Part shown: positions 1 to 6,568 of the stretch, in pieces
Numbering within the stretch: the first letter of the stretch is position 1
Layout of the letters: the number at the start of each line of letters is the position of its first letter
Origin: a bacterium
GTDB taxonomy: Bacteria; Zhuqueibacterota; Zhuqueibacteria; Oceanimicrobiales; Oceanimicrobiaceae
Length of the DNA: 26,052 nucleotides
Assembly (NCBI GenBank): GCA_037446635.1
Contig: JBBIIG010000057.1
Span: 1-26,052, forward strand
Reading direction: 5' to 3'
The notes under the pieces: generated by a model
The model's database searches: none
The model's input: only the letters and a program-made list of their open reading frames with translations
Told to the model about the DNA's origin: nothing
Position numbers and translations under genes: made by a program

Positions 1-225
1 GGTTAACGTAACCTCACCCGGCTGCGGCATGTCGAATTTGATCTCTGTGCTTGGGTTGAAGGGGTTGGGATAGTTTTGGTGCAGGGCAAATGTTTCTGGA
101 AGTTGGGCTAAATTCGTCAGTGCCAGATTCTTCGCCGCCACGCTTGCAAAACGTGCCGCCCTGACCAGTAACATAAACTGCATGGAAATCCTGCGCATTT
201 TGGCCACTTCGAGTAACCACCACTT
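1..225 (-). other. Out-of-frame 3' segment of the peptidase: T9SS type A-like C-terminal sorting domain (runs off the window edge)
   Basis: The +1 frame is open from 225 to 1 and ends ...LAQLPETFALHQNYPNPFNPSTEIKFDMPQPGEVTLT, containing the typical LxQNYPNPFNPST signature. Confidence 0.85.
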
Positions 226-1603
226 TCAAATCATTAAGGGTACACTCCTCAAAAAAGGTTAACGATTGATTTTGATTGGTGCCGAGATTTTGAAAGGTGC
301 TGCCTCCTTCATATCTTACCGACCACTGGTAGGTAATACTACCGCTGCCGCCGATGACATCGGCGGCCCAGGTACCCTGAGTGCCGGGTGAAATACTGGC
401 AGGACCAGTAATGGTGACAACAGGCTGACCACCGGCTGGTTTGAAACCCGCAACGGTTGAAGCACGCTCGTTCCATTTCCTTCTATTGTCATTACAACAT
501 GTCGTTCCCATTGGCACTCCGCCATATGTGATGTTCGGAGTTGACCAGTAAGGAATTCTATTCACTGGATCATTTGCAAAAAGAGGAATTGCCATGACTG
601 TTCGCCAATAGGCAGGTGCATAGCGATAACCGTGCTGATACGTACCAGACGGGTCATTGTCGTGAAGTCCCCCGACCAAGTGAGCGATTTCGTGGATAAA
701 TGTGTAGTTGCCTACGGCAGCATCATCAACAACCACACAAAAAGCACCACTCGAATTGACTTGTATACCGTAGGCGCGACCTGCAAAATCTCCGTGTGTA
801 ATAAGGAGTACCACAACATCTGCGCCATACTGAGTGCGAAGCGTATGGAGATTATCCATGTGACCATCTGTTGTGCCTTGCAAGCGGGTAACATCTGTAA
901 GGGTATTACCAGTTTCATTGTAGCTCACTTGAGCGGAATGAACCACATCAATCTGCGCGTTGACATTGCTGTTGGTCAGGGTTTCATTGGCGGATTGTTC
1001 ACAGGCAGCGATAAGGCTTGAAATATTCCCGCTGGCATTCGCGACACCTTGTGTATAGGCAACAAGAACGTCGATCACAGATACGCTCGCTATACTTGGA
1101 AAGACATCACCGTCATCCTTAGCGCCTTTTGTCCCAATATTGTTTATATCCTGATTTTGGCTTGGCTGGCTCTCGGAATTAACATCAGGCGGATCATCCG
1201 GGCCGAACTTTGACTGATCCAACTCAATGAGAACGTGGTGGCCGCCACCCAGCGGCTCTATGGTGAATACGGATCGCTCAGTGTGAATTACAGAAGTTAC
1301 ATCTCCGTTAACTACTGTGAAAAATAGATGGCTTTTTTGATCATCCAATACTCCGCTCCAGAACACTTTAGATGCTTCGGATCTATCGATCCTGGTTGTG
1401 GTAGCAATGAATTGGCGAAGTCCTGGAAGCGTAATACGAAGCTGTGCTTGCGATCCAAGTGTTGCAAGGTTTTGAAATTGTATCGGTCGGACAGAAATCG
1501 TTGTCGGGCGTGCTTTGATCGCATCAAGCCGTTGTCGTGCCTCCGCAGGTAGGTTAAGTGTGCGCTCATCAGGGTAAGAAAATGAAATCATCTTGCTGGG
1601 CAA
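14..1603 (-). CDS. Zinc metallopeptidase (metzincin; reprolysin-like M12B / peptidyl-Asp M72-like), central frame of a gene apparently split by two frameshifts (full extent <1..1673)
   Basis: HEIAHLVGGLHD fits HExxHxxGxxH. Met-turn RTVMA, catalytic-domain start IDVLVAYT, LRTQYGADVVVL and RIPYWSTP are present, followed by a beta-rich Ig/PKD-like module (VTITGP...ITYQWS). The listed TTG start lacks a signal peptide and the last ~30 aa look out of frame. Confidence 0.85.
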   Translation of the reverse strand: MPSKMISFSYPDERTLNLPAEARQRLDAIKARPTTISVRPIQFQNLATLGSQAQLRITLPGLRQFIATTTRIDRSEASKVFWSGVLDDQKSHLFFTVVNGDVTSVIHTERSVFTIEPLGGGHHVLIELDQSKFGPDDPPDVNSESQPSQNQDINNIGTKGAKDDGDVFPSIASVSVIDVLVAYTQGVANASGNISSLIAACEQSANETLTNSNVNAQIDVVHSAQVSYNETGNTLTDVTRLQGTTDGHMDNLHTLRTQYGADVVVLLITHGDFAGRAYGIQVNSSGAFCVVVDDAAVGNYTFIHEIAHLVGGLHDNDPSGTYQHGYRYAPAYWRTVMAIPLFANDPVNRIPYWSTPNITYGGVPMGTTCCNDNRRKWNERASTVAGFKPAGGQPVVTITGPASISPGTQGTWAADVIGGSGSITYQWSVRYEGGSTFQNLGTNQNQSLTFFEECTLNDLKVVVTRSGQNAQDFHAVYVTGQGGTFCKRGGEESGTDEFSPTSRNICPAPKLSQPLQPKHRDQIRHAAAG

Positions 1604-1673
1604 ATGAGATCGCCACTGAGCACAACAATAGAGACCCCCAAAACAGATTGGAAAAGAAACGGTAAGTATTCAT
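1569..1673 (-). other. Out-of-frame 5' segment of the peptidase encoding its signal peptide (34 aa)
   Basis: Manual translation from ATG at 1673, preceded by GGAGAGAAGGT, gives MNTYRFFSNLFWGSLLLCSVAISFA-QQDDFIFLP*. This is a Sec-type signal peptide; a +1 shift joins it to the 14..1603 frame. Confidence 0.8.
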
Positions 1674-1735
1674 ACCTTCTCTCCGAATTTTTTGTTTGCA
1701 ATTTTGTGAATTTAGAAGTACTATCAAAAACAGAA

Positions 1736-1818
1736 AGCCCCTGAGGACAACGTCCTAAGAAATATTTCTCCGGCAAGAGAGTATTTTAAGGCGATTGGCT
1801 TCGGGGGCTACTTTTTTT
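1736..1818 (+). terminator. Long imperfect hairpin followed by a U7 tract (terminator-like, possibly bidirectional)
   Basis: AGCCCCTGAGG (1736-1746) pairs with CTTCGGGGGCT (1799-1809) using two G-U pairs. Inner stems close the loop CGGCAA (1771-1776). T7 follows at 1812-1818, and the minus strand also has a T-rich tail. Confidence 0.6.
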
Positions 1819-1820
1819 AT

Positions 1821-1846
1821 TCAGGTCATGGGTATCACCTCCTTTC
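1821..1846 (-). promoter_or_regulatory. Extended Shine-Dalgarno followed by the minimal ORF ATG-ACC-TGA
   Basis: The minus strand reads GAAAGGAGGTGAT-ACCC-ATG-ACC-TGA (ATG 1829-1827, TGA 1823-1821). Confidence 0.55.
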
Positions 1847-1881
1847 GGAAATTGGACAACAATAAATTATTTGAAGTCGGG

Positions 1882-2562
1882 CTATTTAAAAACGAAATGA
1901 CTAATCAGGTACATTCTGTCAATAATACGGTTATCCGAAATTCCCCTCGTAATATAAGCAACTCTCCCAATCTCAGGATAATAATAATGGTAATAGTCCC
2001 ATTCCTCTGCAACATCATCTGCGGGTCTTCTCCGGTACTTATAGACATAACACTTGAATGTACCTGCGGGTGTCTCAATCTCCTCATCCTTGCTCACAAG
2101 GCCAAAAACAAGCGTATCGAAGAAATAGAACTTTCCATCAAATTCATTATAATTGATTCTCCTGACACGCCAGGAATCTCCCACATTAGCCGGATATTTA
2201 AACAGCAACGTCTTATACAAAAAGGTATCCGTTTCCGAGACTCCACCCAGCCAATAAAGACCTTCGGGGCCATTCCAATAAAGCCATTCAAATGGCGGGC
2301 GTGGGCCGTTGACCGGATAAGGGAGTAGAAACGCCGACGCTTCGTACGTGACGCCATCGATTCGCACTGAAACCTTACGAGTGATCTCGGCTCTGGCGGT
2401 ATCCGGAGTGGCGAAAGGCCAGATCTGGTAAATCCAGTAATTTCCCGCTTGCAGCGGCATCAGCTCTCCGGCGCCAGTTTGTGGCGGCTCAACCGGTGAA
2501 CCACAATTTGAAAAAAAGAGAATTAACGTGGCCATTCTCACAAGATGAAGGTGAATATTCAT
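1882..2562 (-). CDS. Hypothetical lipoprotein (226 aa)
   Basis: Strong RBS AAGGAGGTG (2578-2570). A hydrophobic stretch ends in the lipobox-like FSN-C20. LMPLQAGNYWIY and IETPAGTFKCY motifs are typical of beta-rich exported proteins. Confidence 0.8.
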   Translation of the reverse strand: MNIHLHLVRMATLILFFSNCGSPVEPPQTGAGELMPLQAGNYWIYQIWPFATPDTARAEITRKVSVRIDGVTYEASAFLLPYPVNGPRPPFEWLYWNGPEGLYWLGGVSETDTFLYKTLLFKYPANVGDSWRVRRINYNEFDGKFYFFDTLVFGLVSKDEEIETPAGTFKCYVYKYRRRPADDVAEEWDYYHYYYPEIGRVAYITRGISDNRIIDRMYLISHFVFK

Positions 2563-2765
2563 ACAACGACACCTCCTTAGTTATAAGTCGGATTTTAAAT
2601 ATTTGAATGACAAAAACACGGCAGGTTCCCCAAAAATTATATTCGTGGATGTACAAGACCTTTTTCCTGGCAGTCGATAAGCGGCTCTGGTTAAGGGGAG
2701 GAGAGGGCAGATTCGGCAGATTCCAAAAAAAGCGACTGTATAAGGTCCGATAAGAAATCCAACTG

Positions 2766-2793
2766 AGTATATGAAAAAAAAGCAGAAAGTCAA
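2766..2793 (-). promoter_or_regulatory. Putative sigma70 promoter for the lipoprotein gene
   Basis: TTGACT-N16-TATACT on the minus strand; the spacer contains T8. Confidence 0.55.
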
Positions 2794-2835
2794 GATCAAT
2801 TTTAAAAATCTTGCGAATTGCTGAATCGTAAGAGT

Positions 2836-3107
2836 GGTAGCAGTCCCATCCTCAAAGAAATCTTCGCCTACCCCAATCCCTACCGCGCCAACTCCGGACA
2901 GAACTTCGTCACCATCGCCAACTCCTCCGGAAAAACTGCTGCGTACTTTGCAGGAAACCGATGGCCTGCCTGCGCAGGCAGGCAACGGCGGCGTGCAGTG
3001 GGATTTGAAAGATGAAAACGGAAACGCGGCGCCGTCCGGGCATTTACATTTTCTACGTGGTGGGCGAAGGAGAAAAAGCAAAAGGCAAGCTGGCGGTTGT
3101 GAGATGA
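2836..3107 (+). pseudogene. Remnant of a T9SS/FlgD-like C-terminal sorting domain
   Basis: Pieced together over frame changes: LKEIFAYPNPYRANSGQNFVTIAN / LLRTLQETDG[LPAQAG]NGGVQWDLKDENGNAAPSG / IYIFYVVGEGEKAKGKLAVVR* (TGA 3105-3107). No start codon or upstream body is present. Confidence 0.75.
2964..2983. repeat. Perfect 20-bp palindrome GCCTGCCTGCGCAGGCAGGC
   Basis: The sequence equals its own reverse complement and sits inside the coding remnant. Confidence 0.85.
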
Positions 3108-3113
3108 TTCTTC

Positions 3114-3146
3114 AAGTGCCACGCACTTCCAAAGTGCGTGGCACTT
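3114..3146. repeat. REP-like hairpin with perfect 15-bp arms between convergent stop codons
   Basis: AAGTGCCACGCACTT-CCA-AAGTGCGTGGCACTT. Confidence 0.8.
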
Positions 3147-3155
3147 ATTTGCAGA

Positions 3156-4037
3156 TCACAAAGCAAGCGGATTGCTGATGCAAAAATGGGTGGACTTTTC
3201 GACGCGCGCGCCGGTATCCAAATCTCGCACGCTCAAGATCAGTTTGTATTGTCCCGATTCCAAATCGCGAATGGGAAGCCGCGCAGTGATCACGCTGGCG
3301 GGGCCGGGTTTTTGGTTGATCTGCTCGGTAGAAAACACATCCCGGCCAGTTTCATCGCGAATAAAAAACGCGGCGATAAAACCGCGATTGACGCGATCGC
3401 GCCGGAAATCCAAGTTATAAATCTCAGCATAAATATGGAGATGCCGGTCTTCGGCCGCAAACGTGCGCAGCACATTCGGCTCTACCCTCCAATTATTTTT
3501 GACCAGACTCGAATTCTCCTGCGATCGGCTCATCGCATGAGACAACTGCAAATCGCTGATGACGAGCGCGGATATGTTATAGTCCGCAACCGTCGCGTTC
3601 ACCGAAAAATGATAACCCGAAGCCGTATTGAGATCGGTAAGCTTGCACTCCATGGCGTAGTTGCCGGGGCTCACGTAAAAAGGAAAACGCAACTGCTGCA
3701 AATTCAGACTCGGGTTTGAACCCAGCGCCTCGGCATCGATGGAGTCCACGAACATGGCGGTTTGAACCATCTCCCGCTTCTCATTTTGAAATGACACCGC
3801 AAGCTGGTAGCGCGCCCGATACGTGGATGCGCTGCGAGCAAATTTGAGCTGCTGCAAAGGAAAGCCGACGAACACTTCCACAAACGTTTTGCCGGGATGC
3901 TCTGCCCGGTTGTACGTCAACACGTCCACAAAATAGGAATGGCGATCGCCGCCGTTGGAATTGGCTCGGGCATCGGCATCGCGAGTCAAAGAAAACAGAA
4001 CCGCGACGCTGGCGAATAGAGGAAAAATGGATTTCAT
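3156..4037 (-). CDS. Secreted hypothetical protein (293 aa) resembling the N-terminal beta-sandwich region of GWxTD-domain proteins
   Basis: Start moved to the ATG at 4037 (RBS GGAGG 4048-4044, signal peptide MKSIFPLFASVAVLFSLTRDADA). Motifs ISDLQL, VEPNVLRTF, IYAEIYNL and LESGQYKLILSVRD. The family assignment is recalled, not searched. Confidence 0.7.
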   Translation of the reverse strand: MKSIFPLFASVAVLFSLTRDADARANSNGGDRHSYFVDVLTYNRAEHPGKTFVEVFVGFPLQQLKFARSASTYRARYQLAVSFQNEKREMVQTAMFVDSIDAEALGSNPSLNLQQLRFPFYVSPGNYAMECKLTDLNTASGYHFSVNATVADYNISALVISDLQLSHAMSRSQENSSLVKNNWRVEPNVLRTFAAEDRHLHIYAEIYNLDFRRDRVNRGFIAAFFIRDETGRDVFSTEQINQKPGPASVITARLPIRDLESGQYKLILSVRDLDTGARVEKSTHFCISNPLAL

Positions 4038-4233
4038 GGTTAACCTCCAAGTTGAAAGTTTAACCGGAGGCGTAAAAGGAAGGGCGGCAACGATTGACAT
4101 CGCAGGCTGGATTGCCGCGGTAAGTAAAGGGCTGTCCAAGGTCCTTTTACACCGGCTCGTTGGGAAGGGGCCGTTCTCCAAACGAGCTTTTTTATTTGGT
4201 GAATGAAATTGAAATGAAAAACTTATGAAGTAT

Positions 4234-4259
4234 TAACGGGGTTGGTTTGAAAAAGTTAC
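4234..4259 (-). promoter_or_regulatory. Putative ECF-sigma promoter
   Basis: GTAAC-N16-CGTTA on the minus strand matches the general ECF AAC/CGT pattern. Confidence 0.45.
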
Positions 4260-4375
4260 TTTTCAACTTTGCGAGGGTTTGAAACCCACTCCGCGCAGAA
4301 GAACGCTTGGCCGGTGTTCTGCAAATTTTTCGTGATTCACAAAAAGCTGCGCCGTAAAAAAAATTTTCAATTGGC

Positions 4376-5089
4376 TTAAAGGGTTTTGGCCGCGGTGAGC
4401 GATAAAACAGCGGCGGCGCCCGAGTTGAGCAGCGTCCGCGCGCACGCCTTCAAGGTTGCGCCGGTGGTGAACACGTCGTCCACCACGATAATTCTTTTGT
4501 CGTGAATCAAATGTTTGGAAAAGACTCCAAACGCACCTTGCATATTTTTTTCGCGTTCAATCGCGTTCAGGGTCGCTTGCGATTTGGTGTAGCGAACGCG
4601 TCTCAATACCCGATCCAAAATTGGAATGTGCAATTGTTTTGAAACGCACTGCGCCAAGAGCAGACTCTGATTGTACCCGCGCTCGCGAAATTTAATTTTA
4701 TGGAGCGGCACCGGGATCAGCGCATCCGCGCACGCGAACTGCGGATGCCGAGACGCCGCCTGCGCCATCTCATCCCCCAGCCAGCGGCTCAAAGATTTCT
4801 TGCCGTGAAATTTCATCTCGTGGATCACCGTCTGCATCTTGCCGCTGAACTCCCACACCCCAAGCGCCAGCAGTACGCTGGTGGCATTTTCATTCATCGC
4901 GATCGGATGCGTACTCAACTCATCTTCCGGTTGCAGCCGCGGCAGCTTCTGCCAGCAGTTTTCGCAGATGAGTTTCTTTTCGGGATCGGGCTGCGACTCG
5001 CAAACCACGCACGCCGGCGGATAAATGAAATTTAAAACCGCATCGATATAAGGAGACGAAAGCCGAGAAAGAGTGGCGAAACGCAGCAT
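4376..5089 (-). CDS. comF: ComF family protein (zinc ribbon + phosphoribosyltransferase domain)
   Basis: YPPACVVC...ICENC zinc ribbon, IPVPLH...RERGYNQS motif and PRPP-binding loop VVDDVFTTGAT. Confidence 0.92.
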   Translation of the reverse strand: MLRFATLSRLSSPYIDAVLNFIYPPACVVCESQPDPEKKLICENCWQKLPRLQPEDELSTHPIAMNENATSVLLALGVWEFSGKMQTVIHEMKFHGKKSLSRWLGDEMAQAASRHPQFACADALIPVPLHKIKFRERGYNQSLLLAQCVSKQLHIPILDRVLRRVRYTKSQATLNAIEREKNMQGAFGVFSKHLIHDKRIIVVDDVFTTGATLKACARTLLNSGAAAVLSLTAAKTL

Positions 5090-5250
5090 GGTAATTTCAA
5101 CGTGGGTTTTTAAATAATACTCGATAACTTAACATAAAAGATCTCTGAAAATAAGCAACATATTGCTCAATCATTCTGACCAGAGGTCGAAAATTAGAAA
5201 AGAAACTTTGCAGAAAGTGAAAATGATTGGAATTGAACAAGATTTTTGGG

Positions 5251-5403
5251 GATCTGGGGTTGTTCGATTCCGCAAAAATTCGAGATACCGCTACATATAC
5301 AGCTACCCTGAGGGCGTGGCTTATGTGCTGGTTTAACGGGAAGGTTGTGGTAGAGGGCGGCGAGCATACCGGCGCGCTGTCGGGCCGGGTTTTAGTCCCG
5401 TAA
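5251..5403 (+). pseudogene. C-terminal remnant of an N-acyl-D-amino-acid deacylase (D-aminoacylase)-type amidohydrolase
   Basis: Across frame changes: DLGLFDSAKIRDTATY / YPEGVAYVLV / NGKVVVEGGEHTGALSGRVLVP* (TAA 5401-5403). This matches the family tail ADLVxFDP..DxATY..P.GI.YV.VNG......G..TG...G.VL. Confidence 0.7.
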
Positions 5404-5477
5404 CTCAAAGCTCCACTTTGAGATTGCAAACCAGAGGTTTGCTTTACACGTAACTCAAAGCTCCGCTTTGAGAGTAC
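5400..5477. repeat. REP-like double-hairpin element (5400-5448) plus a partial tandem copy (5450-5477)
   Basis: GTAACTCAAAGCTCC(A/G)CTTTGAG occurs twice. The second hairpin is GCAAACC-AGA-GGTTTGC. A near-identical element lies at 12322-12370. Confidence 0.85.
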
Positions 5478-5490
5478 AAAATAAAATTCA

Positions 5491-5519
5491 TTGATTTTTA
5501 AGGCCTAAAATACTATTTT
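5491..5519 (+). promoter_or_regulatory. Possible sigma70 promoter of the polysaccharide operon
   Basis: TTGATT-N17-TATTTT about 30 nt before the rmlB ATG; RBS GAGGAG at 5537-5542. Confidence 0.35.
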
Positions 5520-5547
5520 TTCACCGTTCATTTCACGAGGAGATTCT

Positions 5548-6552
5548 ATGAATACCTTTCTGGTCACAGGAGGGGCCGGCTTTATTGGAAGCAATTACAT
5601 CCGCTACGTGCTGCAAAAATACCAGGATGTGCGCATCATTAATCTTGACAAGCTCACCTACGCCGGTAATCTCGATAACCTGCGGGATGTTGAAAACGAC
5701 CCGCGCTATCGTTTCATCAAAGGCGATATCTGCGATGAAGAGCTGGTGAACCGCCTGATGCCGGAAGTGAACGTGGTGGTCAACTTCGCCGCCGAAAGCC
5801 ATGTCGATCGTTCCATCGGCCAACCAGAGGATTTCATCAAAACCGATATTTTTGGCGCCTTCGTTTTGCTGGAAGCGGCGCGCAAACATCACATTCAACG
5901 CTTCATTCAAATCAGCACCGACGAAGTTTACGGCAGCATCGAGGACGGCTCGTTCAAGGAAACTGACCCCCTCATGCCCTCCAGTCCGTATTCGGCGTCC
6001 AAAGCCGGCGCCGACCGCCTGGCCTTTTCTTATTTTGTGACCTACAAAGTTCCCGTGTTAATCACGCGCTGTTCCAACAACTTCGGGCCGTATCATTATC
6101 CCGAAAAACTCATCCCGCTATTTGTCACCAATGCGCTGGAAAACAAAACGCTGCCGATTTACGGCGACGGCCAAAACGTGCGCGACTGGATTTACGTCAT
6201 CGACCACTGCGACGCCATCGACTTCGTTTATCAGCACGGTGAAATCGGCGAAGTTTATAACATCGGCGGCGGCAACGAACGCACCAATTTAGAGATTACC
6301 GAGTACATTCTCAAAAAATTAGAAAAGCCCAAAACTCTGATGAGCTTCGTTCCGGACCGGAAGGGACACGACCGACGATATTCCCTGGATTGCTCCAAGC
6401 TGCAAGAATTGGGGTGGAAACCGAAACACAATTTTGAAGAAGCGCTGGACGAAACCATCCAGTGGTATATCGAAAATCGCTGGTGGTGGAAAAAGTTGAA
6501 GAGCGGGGAATATTTAGAATATTACAAACAACAATACCAAACATCCCTCTAA
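5548..6552 (+). CDS. rfbB: dTDP-glucose 4,6-dehydratase (RmlB)
   Basis: TGGAGFIGSN, DKLTYAGN, FAAESHVDRSI, ISTDEVYG, PYSASKA, DRKGHDRRY. Confidence 0.97.
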   Translation: MNTFLVTGGAGFIGSNYIRYVLQKYQDVRIINLDKLTYAGNLDNLRDVENDPRYRFIKGDICDEELVNRLMPEVNVVVNFAAESHVDRSIGQPEDFIKTDIFGAFVLLEAARKHHIQRFIQISTDEVYGSIEDGSFKETDPLMPSSPYSASKAGADRLAFSYFVTYKVPVLITRCSNNFGPYHYPEKLIPLFVTNALENKTLPIYGDGQNVRDWIYVIDHCDAIDFVYQHGEIGEVYNIGGGNERTNLEITEYILKKLEKPKTLMSFVPDRKGHDRRYSLDCSKLQELGWKPKHNFEEALDETIQWYIENRWWWKKLKSGEYLEYYKQQYQTSL

Positions 6553-6568
6553 GGAAGGAGCTCATCCC

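Noticed and set aside
1588..1776. 62-aa ORF as the protease N-terminus
   Set aside because: It starts inside the hairpin with no RBS; the ATG at 1673 in another frame gives a proper signal peptide.
1830..1846. GGTATCACCTCCTTTC resembling the 3' end of 16S rRNA
   Set aside because: No other rRNA sequence flanks it; it is better read as a Shine-Dalgarno on the minus strand.
1795..2328. 177-aa + strand ORF
   Set aside because: Antisense shadow of the lipoprotein gene, which has the RBS and signal peptide; no motifs.
2581..3719. ORFs 2581..3081(-), 2834..3178(+) and 3138..3719(+)
   Set aside because: Shadows or partial frames of the sorting-domain remnant and of the 3156..4037 gene.
4069..4153. 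c-di-GMP or other known riboswitch in the leader
   Set aside because: The conserved GGCAAA/GAAA tetraloop/GCAAAG elements and other familiar aptamer cores are not present.
4038..4181. 48-aa N-terminal extension of the 341-aa ORF
   Set aside because: The RBS and signal peptide point to ATG 4037; the extension is the structured leader.
4265..4297. GGGTTT-G-AAACCC palindrome, possibly a decayed REP
   Set aside because: Only 6-bp arms and no second copy in the window.
5097..5429. 110-aa minus-strand ORF
   Set aside because: It starts in the REP element and is antisense to the D-aminoacylase remnant; no motifs.
5400..5477. CRISPR-like repeat-spacer-repeat
   Set aside because: Only two units, the apparent spacer recurs at 12346-12370 as part of the same element, and there are no cas genes.
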